NCBI GenBank assembly: GCA_007121385.1
Contig: SKLV01000004.1
Location: 1-61,289 of the forward strand
Direction of reading: 5' to 3'
Length of the DNA: 61,289 bases
Source of the DNA: Bdellovibrionales bacterium
GTDB taxonomy: Bacteria > Bdellovibrionota > Bdellovibrionia > Bdellovibrionales > UBA1609
Shown here: positions 47,802-57,765 of the stretch, one piece after another
Layout of the letters: the number at the start of each line of letters is the position of its first letter
How positions within the stretch are numbered: position 1 is the first letter of the stretch
Notes under the pieces: model-generated
Seen by the model: the letters and a program-made list of their open reading frames with translations, nothing else
The model's database searches: none
What the model was told of the DNA's origin: nothing
Translations under genes and position numbers: made by a program

Positions 47802-49457
47802 GTGGGCAATATTGAAGGAAGTCTTTGGCTTTTGCAGGCTCTTGCCAAAATGGGAGTGCGGGAGTTTTGCCTCTGTCCTGGGTCACGAAATGCCCCTTTA
47901 GTCGAGCTACTCTCTCGCTCCCAAGGTCTTAAGGTCTGGACTTTTTTTGAAGAGAGATCGGCCGGATTCTTTGCCTTGGGACGAGCCCAAGTGCGAGGCG
48001 GGCCTGTGGCTGTTGTCACCACCTCAGGGACGGCTGCGGCCGAATTGCTCCCGGCCTGCATAGAGGCTCACTATCTTGGAGTTCCCCTTCTGTGGGTGAC
48101 CGCAGACCGTCCTAAGAGCTATCGCCTTCAAGGGGCTCCCCAGAGCATTGAACAAGTGGGGCTGTTCTCTGCCTATGTGCAGTCCTGTTTGGACATCAGC
48201 TTTGCTGATGGGGAAGAGGTCTGCAAAAATGAGATTCGCAAACTCAGTCTCTGGGATCAAAAGGGCCCAGCGCAATTGAATTTATGTTTTGATGAGCCTT
48301 TGGTGAATGCTCCTATTCCAGAGTCCCAAGTCCTTGACTTCTCACCAGACCAGGAGGCTGCCTTCGGAGGCCGACCAAGGGGGCTAAAGAGCTTGGATTT
48401 GCCTTCGGTAAACTTTGTGGAGCAATTTGCCCGACAGAGCCGACAGCCTTTGGTGATTGTGGGGGGCTTGCCCCTCTGGGCCCGATCCCCAGTGGCCGAG
48501 CTCTTGAGCGCCCTCGGCGCCCCCTGCATCACGGAGGCCCCCTCGGGTCTGCGCCAAGGGCCTCAATCCTTGGCGGGTTTGCGTTGGTTGAGTGATGATT
48601 TTGTTTTGCGTGAGGCCATAAGGTCGCAAGAAGTAGATGGAATTTTGCGCCTCGGTGGGGTCCCCTCCCTGCGTCTGTGGCGCGACTTGGAATACGAGTT
48701 GAGAGATCTTCCTGTCCTGTCTCTGGCTTGGCCCCCCTTTTCTGGTCTCAGTGAGGGGCGTGCCAAGACGTTGGATTTAGAGTCTATTCTCGCTGAGCCC
48801 AGTCAGATCTTAAAATTTCTGACTCCTTGGTCCATCAGCGCAATAGAGAGGCTTAGGGAAAGAGATCAGCGGCGTCGCCAGCAGATGGACTCAATGCTCG
48901 CCACCGAGCCTCTCTCCGAGTGGGCTTGGGTTCGCCATTTTTCAGGGGTCATTGGGGATCACTCTCAGGTCTTTTTGGGCAACAGTTTGCCCATTCGGGA
49001 ATGGGACCTCTGGGCGGTGCAGGAGGAAAAGAACTGGCGGATTCATGCCAACCGAGGGGCCAATGGAATCGATGGACTCGTCTCCACCTTTTTAGGTCTA
49101 GTGAGGGGGGGCGAGGAGCAGAACTGGGCCCTTTTAGGGGACCTCAGCGCTCTCTATGACTTGGCCGGATTGTGGCCCCTTGCCCAAGTGGAGAAAGAGT
49201 GGGGCGTCCCGGTTCAGCTCGTGGTGGTCAACAATGGTGGGGGGCAAATTTTTCGCTCCCTCTATCAAAACCCCATCTATCAAAATAGCCATCAGCTGGA
49301 TTTTAGCCATTGGGCCAAGATGTGGGGTCTTGGCTACCGCCGGGTGCAGAAGCCGGAGGACCTAAAGCCCCTTGACTCTGGGTCCATGATCTTTGAAGTT
49401 TGTCCTGACAATCAGGCGACTCAGCGCCTGGAACAGGCTTTAAAGAGAGGACTATGA
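47802..49457 (+). CDS. menD: SEPHCHC synthase
   Basis: CPGSRNAPL, EERSAGFFALG, TTSGTA, TADRP, NRGANGIDG, GDLS..NNGGG. Confidence 0.95.
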   Translation: MGNIEGSLWLLQALAKMGVREFCLCPGSRNAPLVELLSRSQGLKVWTFFEERSAGFFALGRAQVRGGPVAVVTTSGTAAAELLPACIEAHYLGVPLLWVTADRPKSYRLQGAPQSIEQVGLFSAYVQSCLDISFADGEEVCKNEIRKLSLWDQKGPAQLNLCFDEPLVNAPIPESQVLDFSPDQEAAFGGRPRGLKSLDLPSVNFVEQFARQSRQPLVIVGGLPLWARSPVAELLSALGAPCITEAPSGLRQGPQSLAGLRWLSDDFVLREAIRSQEVDGILRLGGVPSLRLWRDLEYELRDLPVLSLAWPPFSGLSEGRAKTLDLESILAEPSQILKFLTPWSISAIERLRERDQRRRQQMDSMLATEPLSEWAWVRHFSGVIGDHSQVFLGNSLPIREWDLWAVQEEKNWRIHANRGANGIDGLVSTFLGLVRGGEEQNWALLGDLSALYDLAGLWPLAQVEKEWGVPVQLVVVNNGGGQIFRSLYQNPIYQNSHQLDFSHWAKMWGLGYRRVQKPEDLKPLDSGSMIFEVCPDNQATQRLEQALKRGL

Positions 49458-50215
49458 TTCAGCTTATTGCCCTGCATGGATTTCTCAACCGCGGAGATCT
49501 TTTTGATCAAACTCTGGGCCACTGGGCCGCGGACCATCCAGAATTGGAGTTCAGCGCCTGGGCGCCCGATCTCTTTTCCCCAGACAGCCCTCTGTCTGCA
49601 GACTTGACCATGTCTGAATGGGCCGAGCGCTTTTGCGAGCTGGTGGAAGTGCACACTCATCCCGAGGAGCCCCGGGTGATCATGGGCTACTCAATGGGGG
49701 GGCGTTTGGCCATGCAGGTGCTCTTGGCTTACCCTCAGCTCTGGTCAGCAGGAGTACTCATTTCCGCCCATCCTGGGGAAGAGGACAATGCTCAACGCCA
49801 GGAATGGCGTGAGTCATGGATGGATCGATTTTCTTCCGAGGAGAACTTTTCCCAAGTTGTGAATGAGTGGCAAAGTCAGGAGCTTCTCGCTTCTTCTCCG
49901 GGAAAAAAGTATAAGGTGAGGGAGGAGGACTTTGATCGGGAGGCCTTGGCTTTGGCCCTGGCAAGGTGGGACCGAACCCAACATCTCTTTTCCCTTGAGG
50001 AGGTGGAGGACATAGGCCGTCCTCTGCTGTGGTGTTGGGGCCAACAAGATGGTGTTTACTCTCAACTCTACCGTCAGCTCAAGGAGCAGGGAATCCCAGG
50101 GCAGTGGACGGAGGTTCCAGGGGCGGGGCACCGGGTGCCCGTGGATGCCCCACGGGAACTGGCTTCGGCTATGGTCAAATTTTTACAGTCCATAGGACTG
50201 GGAGGTCAAAAGTGA
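49454..50215 (+). CDS. menH: SHCHC synthase (alpha/beta hydrolase)
   Basis: LHGFL, GYSMGGRLA, GAGH; follows menD. Confidence 0.88.
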   Translation: MIQLIALHGFLNRGDLFDQTLGHWAADHPELEFSAWAPDLFSPDSPLSADLTMSEWAERFCELVEVHTHPEEPRVIMGYSMGGRLAMQVLLAYPQLWSAGVLISAHPGEEDNAQRQEWRESWMDRFSSEENFSQVVNEWQSQELLASSPGKKYKVREEDFDREALALALARWDRTQHLFSLEEVEDIGRPLLWCWGQQDGVYSQLYRQLKEQGIPGQWTEVPGAGHRVPVDAPRELASAMVKFLQSIGLGGQK

Positions 50216-50427
50216 GTGAAGTGAAGCTTTCAGATGGTGGACAATTTATGGAGCTTAAAACGACTGACAATCAATTGGTTCAGATTCGGCGTTCGGCTGT
50301 AGGAGCTGTGGAAGAAGTTCCGGGCACCAGTCGGTCTGGGGGCCATTTGCGAGTCTATGTGGGAGGCTATCGCTTCTCCATAGAGGCCAAGGTTGAAGAT
50401 GTGATGGAAAAGTTAAAGGAGAGTTAA
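50212..50427 (+). CDS. Small hypothetical protein (71 aa), FlbD/SwrD-like pattern
   Basis: GTG after GGAGG, overlapping the menH stop; ends 3 bp before menB. Confidence 0.65.
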   Translation: MSEVKLSDGGQFMELKTTDNQLVQIRRSAVGAVEEVPGTSRSGGHLRVYVGGYRFSIEAKVEDVMEKLKES

Positions 50428-50430
50428 AAT

Positions 50431-51297
50431 ATGCAATTAGACAAAGAAAGAGAGGGTGGACCGAAGGGGACCTCTGATCCCGTGGTTTGGATGCCGGTCA
50501 AAAAGTTTCAAGACATACGGCTCGAGCGCTCTCAGGACGGAATTGCAAAGATCACTATCAATCGCCCTGAGGTCCGCAATGCTTTTCGCCCGCAAACCGT
50601 TCTTGAACTGCAGGAGGCTTTTTATTGGGTCCGGGAGGAACCGGAGATTGGCGTGGTGATTCTCACTGGAGAGGGCAAAGAGGCCTTTTGCGCCGGAGGT
50701 GATCAGAAAGTCCGTGGTCATGCGGGTTATGTTGGAAAAGATGGAGTGCCGCGATTAAATATTTTGGATGTGCAAAAGCAGATTCGCTCCCTTCCCAAGC
50801 CTGTCGTAGCCATGGTGGCTGGTTATGCCATTGGCGGCGGTCATGTTCTCCATGTGGTCTGTGATTTGACCATCGCAGCCGACAATGCCCGCTTTGGACA
50901 AACAGGTCCAAAAGTGGGCTCTTTTGATGGAGGCCTCGGATCTAGCTACCTGGCCCGGATTGTGGGGCAAAAGAAAGCTCGGGAAATTTGGTATCTTTGC
51001 CGGCAGTACTCCGCCGCAGAAGCTTTAGAGATGGGCTTGGTGAATAAAGTGGTCCCCTATGAGCAGCTGGAAAAAGAGACTGTGGCTTGGTGTCGAGAGA
51101 TCCTGGGGCATTCACCCTTGGCTCTTCGCTGCCTTAAAGCGGCTCTCAATGCCGACTGTGATGGTCAGATGGGTTTGCTGGACTTAGCGGGTAACGCCAC
51201 TCTGCTCTACTATATGTCTGAGGAAGCCAAGGAAGGTAAAAACGCTTTTGTCGAGAAGCGAGAGCCGGATTTTAGCCAGTTTCCACGCCTACCCTGA
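50431..51297 (+). CDS. menB: 1,4-dihydroxy-2-naphthoyl-CoA synthase
   Basis: [39 protein letters not shown]. Confidence 0.97.
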   Translation: MQLDKEREGGPKGTSDPVVWMPVKKFQDIRLERSQDGIAKITINRPEVRNAFRPQTVLELQEAFYWVREEPEIGVVILTGEGKEAFCAGGDQKVRGHAGYVGKDGVPRLNILDVQKQIRSLPKPVVAMVAGYAIGGGHVLHVVCDLTIAADNARFGQTGPKVGSFDGGLGSSYLARIVGQKKAREIWYLCRQYSAAEALEMGLVNKVVPYEQLEKETVAWCREILGHSPLALRCLKAALNADCDGQMGLLDLAGNATLLYYMSEEAKEGKNAFVEKREPDFSQFPRLP

Positions 51298-51310
51298 GGA
51301 GAGATATCGA

Positions 51311-52201
51311 ATGACTCATTGGTGGACCGCCTTTCGTCCCAAAACCTTGTCTGCAGCAGTGGTTCCCGTGGTGGTGGGGACGGCCCTGGTGCCCACTTTT
51401 GGAGGTGAGATCCTCTGGTGGGTCACTGGTCTGGCTTTATTCGCCGCCCTGATGATTCAGCTGGCCACCAACCTCTTCAATGATGTCATAGACTTCAAAA
51501 AAGGAGCTGATACAGAGGCGAGGCTGGGACCCACTCGGGTCACTCAGAGTGGGATGATTTCTGAGAAGGGAGTTTTTTGGGCCGCCATAGGTTTTTTACT
51601 TTTAGCCTTTCTCGCTGGAATCCCCCTAGTTCTACACGGGGGATGGCCTATTGTCGCAATAGGTTTGGTGTCCCTGTTTTTAGCTTATGCCTACACAGGA
51701 GGGCCATTCCCCTTGGCCTACCTTGGTTTGGGCGAGATCTTTGTGGTGCTTTTTTTCGGTCTTATTGCTGTGGGTGGAGTTTTTTACCTGCATACGCTCA
51801 GCTTTCATCCTGCGGCGGCAGTGGCCGGATTGCAGGTGGGCTTCTTGGCCACCGCTCTTTTGGTGATTAACAATATTCGTGATCGGGAACAGGACCTAAA
51901 AGCCCACAAAAAAACCTTGGCTGTTCGCTTTGGTCTGCGGTTTTCTCGTGTGGAGTTGCTGTTAATCTATCTGCTGAGCTTTGGTTTAGGAGCCTATTGG
52001 TTTATGCAGGGGCTTTGGCTTATGGCTTTTTTGCCCTTGGTGGTTTGGCCTCTGGTGCGCCAAGTGATCCACCAAGTTTTTTTCACTCAGCCGGGGGCTC
52101 ATTACAATGAGTTACTGGGAAAAGCAGCAGCCATTCATGTTCTGTTTGGAGTCCAGCTGGTTTTTGCCTTGGTGGTCAGCGGATTTTTACAGTGGCCTTA
52201 G
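51311..52201 (+). CDS. menA: DHNA prenyltransferase
   Basis: RPKTL, NLFND..DFKKGAD, YTGGPFPL.Y.GLGE, NNIRD..D..KKTLAVR. Confidence 0.93.
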   Translation: MTHWWTAFRPKTLSAAVVPVVVGTALVPTFGGEILWWVTGLALFAALMIQLATNLFNDVIDFKKGADTEARLGPTRVTQSGMISEKGVFWAAIGFLLLAFLAGIPLVLHGGWPIVAIGLVSLFLAYAYTGGPFPLAYLGLGEIFVVLFFGLIAVGGVFYLHTLSFHPAAAVAGLQVGFLATALLVINNIRDREQDLKAHKKTLAVRFGLRFSRVELLLIYLLSFGLGAYWFMQGLWLMAFLPLVVWPLVRQVIHQVFFTQPGAHYNELLGKAAAIHVLFGVQLVFALVVSGFLQWP

Positions 52202-53184
52202 TGAGGTTAAAAGGAGTCGGCCTGAGCCCCTATGAACTGAAGCGGGTGGATCAGAGAGGGGTGGTGTCGGGAACTCTGCTTCGCTGCGAGTTTTCCTCTG
52301 AAGACCAAAAAGCATCCTCCTTGGTGGGCTACTCCTGTTTGCAAACTTGGCCTTCGCTGGGAGAGCCTCGCTGGGAGGGCCTGATTCCTCTATTGAAATT
52401 AGGTGAGGAGGCCCACCGCCAGTCCCTCTTGCTTCAGCGGTGTTTGGAGATGGCCGCTGAGGACGCTCAAGCCAGAGGCCAGGGGCGAGCTCTTTTGGGC
52501 GAGACAGTGGAGTTGCCCTCAAGTCACGCGTTGATCTGGTGGCCGGAACCGGGAGAAAAGAGCTCCCAGCTCTCGGCCGACTGGCTTAGGCAAAAAGTCA
52601 CTTATGATTTTTTTAAGCTTAAGATATCGGCCCAGCAGGTGCAGACAGAGCCAGGAGCTCTCAAGAATTTTGTGGAGTCCCTGGGGCCAGAGCATAGGCT
52701 TCGCTTGGACTTTAATTCCAGTTTTAGATCCTCTGGGGAGTTTTTGACCTGGTGGAGGGGAGTGGAAGATTGGCTAAGGCCCTTTGTGGACTTTATGGAG
52801 GACCCTGTGGACAGTGGGAGCCTTCAGGAGTGGCAAGAGCTAGAGCAAGCGGCTCCGGTGGCCGCTGATCGGCAGTCAGAGCCAGAGGTTTTGCAAGCTG
52901 CCAGCATCAGGATTTGGAAGCCTCTGGTTCATCGTGAGCCCCAGTCTCCGCGAGTGGTCACTACCACCAATTTAGATCACCCCTTGGGGCAGGCCTATGC
53001 CGCTTTTAAATCCATAAAGAGACCTCCGGAGACTTGTGGCCTTCAGACGGCCCATGTCTACGAGCGAGACGCCTTCTCCGAGAGTATAAGCTACGATGGG
53101 CCTCGTATGAGGTTTTGCTCTGAAGGCTTAGGTTTTGGATTTACTCCTCAGTTGGAGTCTTTAGATTGGATCAGTCTGGATTAA
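52192..53184 (+). CDS. menC: o-succinylbenzoate synthase (divergent enolase superfamily)
   Basis: KLK, RLDFN, MEDP, AAD motifs; position in the men operon. Confidence 0.78.
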   Translation: MALVRLKGVGLSPYELKRVDQRGVVSGTLLRCEFSSEDQKASSLVGYSCLQTWPSLGEPRWEGLIPLLKLGEEAHRQSLLLQRCLEMAAEDAQARGQGRALLGETVELPSSHALIWWPEPGEKSSQLSADWLRQKVTYDFFKLKISAQQVQTEPGALKNFVESLGPEHRLRLDFNSSFRSSGEFLTWWRGVEDWLRPFVDFMEDPVDSGSLQEWQELEQAAPVAADRQSEPEVLQAASIRIWKPLVHREPQSPRVVTTTNLDHPLGQAYAAFKSIKRPPETCGLQTAHVYERDAFSESISYDGPRMRFCSEGLGFGFTPQLESLDWISLD

Positions 53185-54371
53185 TGATGAGCTTTTTAGG
53201 ATCAACCACTGAGGCTCTTAATATTGATTGGGATCAAGAGAGGGCCAGTCATCTTTTGTTGAATGATCGTTGGCCTCAGTCTGTGCGAGAGGGCTTAACG
53301 AAGTGGACCCAACAGGTCAGGCAGGAGTGGCCGGGGCTCATATGGTTGGCCACCTCGGGGACAACTGGCCGAAGTGGATATCGATTGGTGGGCTTGTCCC
53401 GCCAAGCTCTTTTGAGCTCAGCGCTGGCAGTGAATCGACATTTGCAGGTTCTCCAATCGGATCACTGGTTTTGTCCTCTTCCTCTTTTTCATGTAGGTGG
53501 TTTGGCCATTTTGGCCCGGTCTTTTCAAGCTGGACTGGCAGCTCCAGCCATCTGGAACGAAGCCTGGGACCCACAAGAATTTTGTTTGGCCCTTGGCGAC
53601 AGTCGGGCCACTTTAGCCTCTCTGGTTCCCACTCAAGTCTATGACTTAGTATCAAAGGGGCTTAAAGCGCCTTCTGTACTCAGGGCTCTTGTGGTGGGGG
53701 GAGGAGCCCTAAGTCCATTCCTGTACCAGAGAGCTAGGGAACTCAACTGGCCTCTTTTGCCCAGCTACGGGATGACGGAGTGCTCGTCGCAAGTGGCAAC
53801 AGCCTTATTGAGCTCCTTGGATCGGCCTGCTCAAGATTTTGCGGAGGATTTGCCTGAGCTGAGAAGGCTGGAGCACATTCAGTGGGCCACTGATGTAGGC
53901 TCTCAAGTATTACGAATTAAGAGCCCATCTCTTCTTACAGCCGTGATTGAGGTGGATTTACGGAATCCGGGAGCTTTTGCCTATGACCCTAAGCAAGAGG
54001 GATGGTTTCAAACTGAAGATATTGTGAGCTTAGAAGGCGAGAACTCCCTGCGCTTTATAGGTCGGGTGGGGGAGACTCTTAAAGTGAGCGGAGAGTTGGT
54101 CAATTTGCATTTCCTCAATTCTCGACTCCAAGAAATGATTATGGAGAGGGACCCTTCTCGGATTCAGAGTCTAGTGGTGGTGGCCAGAGCCTGCCCCCGT
54201 CGTGGTCATAATATGATCTTACTTGCTGAGAAAGATGTGCCTCTCCAGTGGGTGGAAGATCTTCGGCAGACTTACGATCAGTCTGTTTTCCCCTACGAGA
54301 GGATGACTGCTGTGGAGTGGGTGGATAAAATCCCTCGCAACTCCATGGGTAAAGTCCAATGGGGCCGGTAA
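53184..54371 (+). CDS. menE: o-succinylbenzoate-CoA ligase
   Basis: TSGTTG, LPLFHVGGL, SLVPTQ, SYGMTE, IPRNSMGK. Confidence 0.9.
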   Translation: MMSFLGSTTEALNIDWDQERASHLLLNDRWPQSVREGLTKWTQQVRQEWPGLIWLATSGTTGRSGYRLVGLSRQALLSSALAVNRHLQVLQSDHWFCPLPLFHVGGLAILARSFQAGLAAPAIWNEAWDPQEFCLALGDSRATLASLVPTQVYDLVSKGLKAPSVLRALVVGGGALSPFLYQRARELNWPLLPSYGMTECSSQVATALLSSLDRPAQDFAEDLPELRRLEHIQWATDVGSQVLRIKSPSLLTAVIEVDLRNPGAFAYDPKQEGWFQTEDIVSLEGENSLRFIGRVGETLKVSGELVNLHFLNSRLQEMIMERDPSRIQSLVVVARACPRRGHNMILLAEKDVPLQWVEDLRQTYDQSVFPYERMTAVEWVDKIPRNSMGKVQWGR

Positions 54372-54387
54372 TTCTAGTCGAGTTAAA

Positions 54388-56130
54388 TTAATGCCCAGAG
54401 TTGATTTGAGTTAAGTTTTTAAAGCTTGATCTTTCTAACATCTCGTAAAAATCTCGCCGTTGACCAACTGCCAGGATTTCAATTTCCCTCATATCTCTTT
54501 TAATATGATAGGCGATTCTCAATCGCAGTCCCTCTAGGTTCACTTTGTGACGACGGACCCGATGCTTTCTAAAAACATTATGGGCCAGTACACCATTGGT
54601 ATAGGGGCTTTGGGCAATCTGGGGGAAAATCTCATGGACCAATCGGTCAGCCACGGAGGCGTTGCCCAGGCTAGCTAAATTTTTTTGTACCTTCAAGGAA
54701 AGAGGAGCGAGAGAGTGGGGTCGGGAATAATTTGGAGTCGATGGGAGCGATGATTTCGGGGGAGAGTCTGGATGGGGGCTTTGAGTCTTTCTCTTGTTGG
54801 GGTTGGGTGCTGCCGGAGAACTGGATTTCTTAAGCCAGGCTTCTTCACCAGAGAGCCAAAGAGCCTTAGTGCGAGCGACTGGGGGTGAAGCCTTTTGAGC
54901 GGGCCTGACTATGGGAGATCGCAGTGACTGTATTTGTCTTCTCAATTCTGCAAGCTCCGACTTCATGGCTTTACGGAGGGAGTACTCCAGTTGACCACTT
55001 TGGAATTTATGCAGGACAAGACCTACTGAAACATAGTCAAAGAGTTCAAGGAGAATTGAGGAGACCCCTGATTTATAACCCATATTCTTTATACTTTTTT
55101 GAGCTAGGTCACGATCATAATCGAGAAAGCTAAGGGGCTCTGGGTGCATGCTGCTGAAGACAGCTTTTTCTACAAGAGGCAAAATTTCAATCAGCTGATA
55201 AAACAACATTTCTTTGATTGAGGCCACTTCAAAAGATTCAAATTTGTGTCTTAAAGAGATTAATTTTTTACTCGCTGAAGCATCGATTCCTCTAACGAGT
55301 TTGTCCAGCTCCGTGGGCTCCTGTTGGGCTTTGAAGTCCATGTAAACTTGCCGATACTCCAGTTGACTAGGGCCTCTTTCCAGGACAAAGAGGAGAAAGT
55401 CATTGATGGCTTTATCTCGCCGGGGCCAAAGGTACTCATCGATATACATTTTAAGATTAGTTATAAGAAATTGATCAAAGTCTTCATCTACATCCAGTCC
55501 ACTGTTAAGAAACTGGTGCTTGAAACGATCCTGGTGGTGCTGGGGGTGCATAGAAACAAGGGTTCTAGTCACAAATTCAGTAAAAAGGGGCCCATGTGGA
55601 AGGTTCGCAAATTCTTCCCGCTGGCTGAGTTGCCAGATCAGGGATCTGTACAGCTCTTGGGCCAGTTTCTTGGCCAGACGGGGAGGGGCTGAGCCCGATC
55701 CAAAAAGGGCAAGGGGATCCTCTGAGTCGGCCCCCGACCAATGGGAGAGTATGCTTCGAATTTCCTCAAAGTTGGCATCTGTAGGAGAGAGCAGAGAGAG
55801 ATTAAGCTGGCGGGTGAGCTGCTCAAACCAAAAGCGGCGAAGCTGAGTCTGTGTGGGGGAGGTCTTTTCTAGAAAGAGGGCCACCTCGCTGAGTTGATCG
55901 AAGGCCTCTACAAGGTCTTTAGCCTCTTCCAACTTGAGCAGCTCAGGCCGCGAAATCCCAAAAATTTCCTGAGCTCGAGCGGAAGAAAGGGAAAAAATCG
56001 GTTCCCCCTTCTCTAAGAGCGAGGAGCAGAGTTGGGGGAGTTGAGAAGGGGCCCCGGAGCCGGCAGCCACTCGCTCTGGAAAAGCTCCCAGGAAGACAAA
56101 TGGGAAGGTCAATAGCCAAAAATTTTTCAT
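54388..56130 (-). CDS. Signal-peptide protein with helical core, Pro-rich linker and C-terminal RelE/ParE-like domain
   Basis: ATG 56130 opens MKNFWLLTFPFVFLGAF..VAA. C-terminus VQKNLASL..RRHKV..LRIAYHI..IEILAVGQRRDFY fits the RelE family pattern. Confidence 0.72.
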   Translation of the reverse strand: MKNFWLLTFPFVFLGAFPERVAAGSGAPSQLPQLCSSLLEKGEPIFSLSSARAQEIFGISRPELLKLEEAKDLVEAFDQLSEVALFLEKTSPTQTQLRRFWFEQLTRQLNLSLLSPTDANFEEIRSILSHWSGADSEDPLALFGSGSAPPRLAKKLAQELYRSLIWQLSQREEFANLPHGPLFTEFVTRTLVSMHPQHHQDRFKHQFLNSGLDVDEDFDQFLITNLKMYIDEYLWPRRDKAINDFLLFVLERGPSQLEYRQVYMDFKAQQEPTELDKLVRGIDASASKKLISLRHKFESFEVASIKEMLFYQLIEILPLVEKAVFSSMHPEPLSFLDYDRDLAQKSIKNMGYKSGVSSILLELFDYVSVGLVLHKFQSGQLEYSLRKAMKSELAELRRQIQSLRSPIVRPAQKASPPVARTKALWLSGEEAWLKKSSSPAAPNPNKRKTQSPHPDSPPKSSLPSTPNYSRPHSLAPLSLKVQKNLASLGNASVADRLVHEIFPQIAQSPYTNGVLAHNVFRKHRVRRHKVNLEGLRLRIAYHIKRDMREIEILAVGQRRDFYEMLERSSFKNLTQINSGH

Positions 56131-56226
56131 GGGAAAAAGAGGTCTAACGAGAAATACTGCGCAGCGCAATAAAGTTCTCCTAGGCGGGTAAAATTTTTGC
56201 TGATCCGGCTCATAGAATGGGCAAAA

Positions 56227-57354
56227 ATGAAGCCTATGAAAGCAAAACCAAGAGTTCAGGGGCTCCTTATTCGATTTTTTTTGGCTGTGGCCTGGATGGC
56301 GGCCTTGGGACTGAGGCCGAGTTCTCTGCAGGCCCACTCCTGGGTTGGGGTCTATAAGGACCAAGTGGACTCCGTGGTCGTCGTTCTCGGCCAGGGCGTT
56401 TGTGCAGGCTCCCTGGTGAGTGAAGACTTGGTCCTCACGGCATGGCATTGTGTCCCTTATCTGAGAACGGTTTTTGTCGTTTTGAGAAATCCAGAGGTTC
56501 GCCTGAGGGCGCAAGTGATTGATCGGGATCGTCGTCACGACTTAGCCCTTTTGCGTTTAGAGAAACCTGTGGAAGGAAGAAAGGTTTTGCGTCTGGCAGG
56601 AAGGAGTTCAGACTCTCAGGAGTCCTCGCTGCAGGAGGGCGACCCTGTGGCCACCATTGGCCACCCCCTGGCCATTTCTACCCGATGGCTAAGTGGTGTT
56701 CTTCTTGATGATCGAGCCTACCTGATCTCTGCGGGAATTGTTTCTAAGATCAATGAGAAGAATATTATCAGCGATCTATCGTTAAGCCCTGGAAACTCAG
56801 GGGGACCACTCTTGAATCAAAAAGGGGAGATGGTGGGAGTGGCCTCAGCTAAATTGGTTGGCCTAGCAGCTGGACAAATTGGCTATTTTACCCCAGTGGA
56901 GAAAGCGACTCCCTTAATGGAGAATTCGGAGAAGAAAGGTCCCTTGCCTTGGTGGTGGGCAGATAATAGTCAGAGGCTCTTTTTGACCCTGGTTTTAGAC
57001 CCCGTTCTTGATGAGTTGGGCCGGGACCTGAGTCATTGGGGTTTGGAATGGAGTCTTGCACTTCGAGATCGATGGCGCTGGTCCCTCGGGAGGACTCGTT
57101 GGGGGTCAAGTGAAAACATGTTGTATTGGCGAACTGGATATCTTCATCGTTTTTCTCGGCAGGGGATCGGGACCACAAGCTTAGATGTGAGTGTGGGTGA
57201 AAACTACTATCGGTTCTCTGCAGGACAAACTGGTCATGCCACTGCTTTGGCTTTGGGGCTTCAGTTGAGAACACTTAGGTTTGAGTGGGCTCGACTCTTT
57301 CACCCTGAAGTGGAGGGGAGCTCTTTCACTGTGGGCTTTGGAGTCGGGCGCTGA
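56227..57354 (+). CDS. Trypsin-like serine protease with putative C-terminal outer-membrane beta-barrel
   Basis: Signal peptide; LTAWH, DLALL, PGNSGGP; amphipathic C-terminal strands ending FTVGFGVGR. ATG 56236 is an alternative start. Confidence 0.8.
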   Translation: MKPMKAKPRVQGLLIRFFLAVAWMAALGLRPSSLQAHSWVGVYKDQVDSVVVVLGQGVCAGSLVSEDLVLTAWHCVPYLRTVFVVLRNPEVRLRAQVIDRDRRHDLALLRLEKPVEGRKVLRLAGRSSDSQESSLQEGDPVATIGHPLAISTRWLSGVLLDDRAYLISAGIVSKINEKNIISDLSLSPGNSGGPLLNQKGEMVGVASAKLVGLAAGQIGYFTPVEKATPLMENSEKKGPLPWWWADNSQRLFLTLVLDPVLDELGRDLSHWGLEWSLALRDRWRWSLGRTRWGSSENMLYWRTGYLHRFSRQGIGTTSLDVSVGENYYRFSAGQTGHATALALGLQLRTLRFEWARLFHPEVEGSSFTVGFGVGR

Positions 57355-57357
57355 AGA

Positions 57358-57765
57358 CTAATTTTTTCGGTCGATAGTGATGGCAAAGCGTTTAACACCG
57401 CCAATTTTTACAGCATCAATGATCTCGACCACCTGACCATGAGAAGCCTCTCTATCTGCGGAAATAATTGCTTGAACTTCCGGGTTGGCCTGGCTGAGTT
57501 CCTGGGACTTAGTAGTGATGGAGGCAATGTCTGCATCTTGTCCGTTGACGAGGATACGACCATCGGCCGCCAAGGTGACATTGAATTCGGAGGGGCCACT
57601 GTCTTCACCACTAGCCGCTTGGGGTAGCTGAATTTTGATATGGCTTTGCATAATAAATGGTGTGGTGATCATAAAAATAATTAAGACCACCAGAATAATA
57701 TCTACAAAGGGTACGATATTGATTTCTGATATAGGCTCATCGTCTCCAGAAATTTTTCCCGCCAT
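57358..57765 (-). CDS. ExbD/TolR-family protein
   Basis: EINIVPFVDIILVVLIIFMIT, ISAD. Confidence 0.92.
   Translation of the reverse strand: MAGKISGDDEPISEINIVPFVDIILVVLIIFMITTPFIMQSHIKIQLPQAASGEDSGPSEFNVTLAADGRILVNGQDADIASITTKSQELSQANPEVQAIISADREASHGQVVEIIDAVKIGGVKRFAITIDRKN

Noticed and set aside
56131-56538. N-terminal 136 aa of the 716-aa ORF
   Set aside because: Antisense to the serine protease; the signal peptide begins at ATG 56130.
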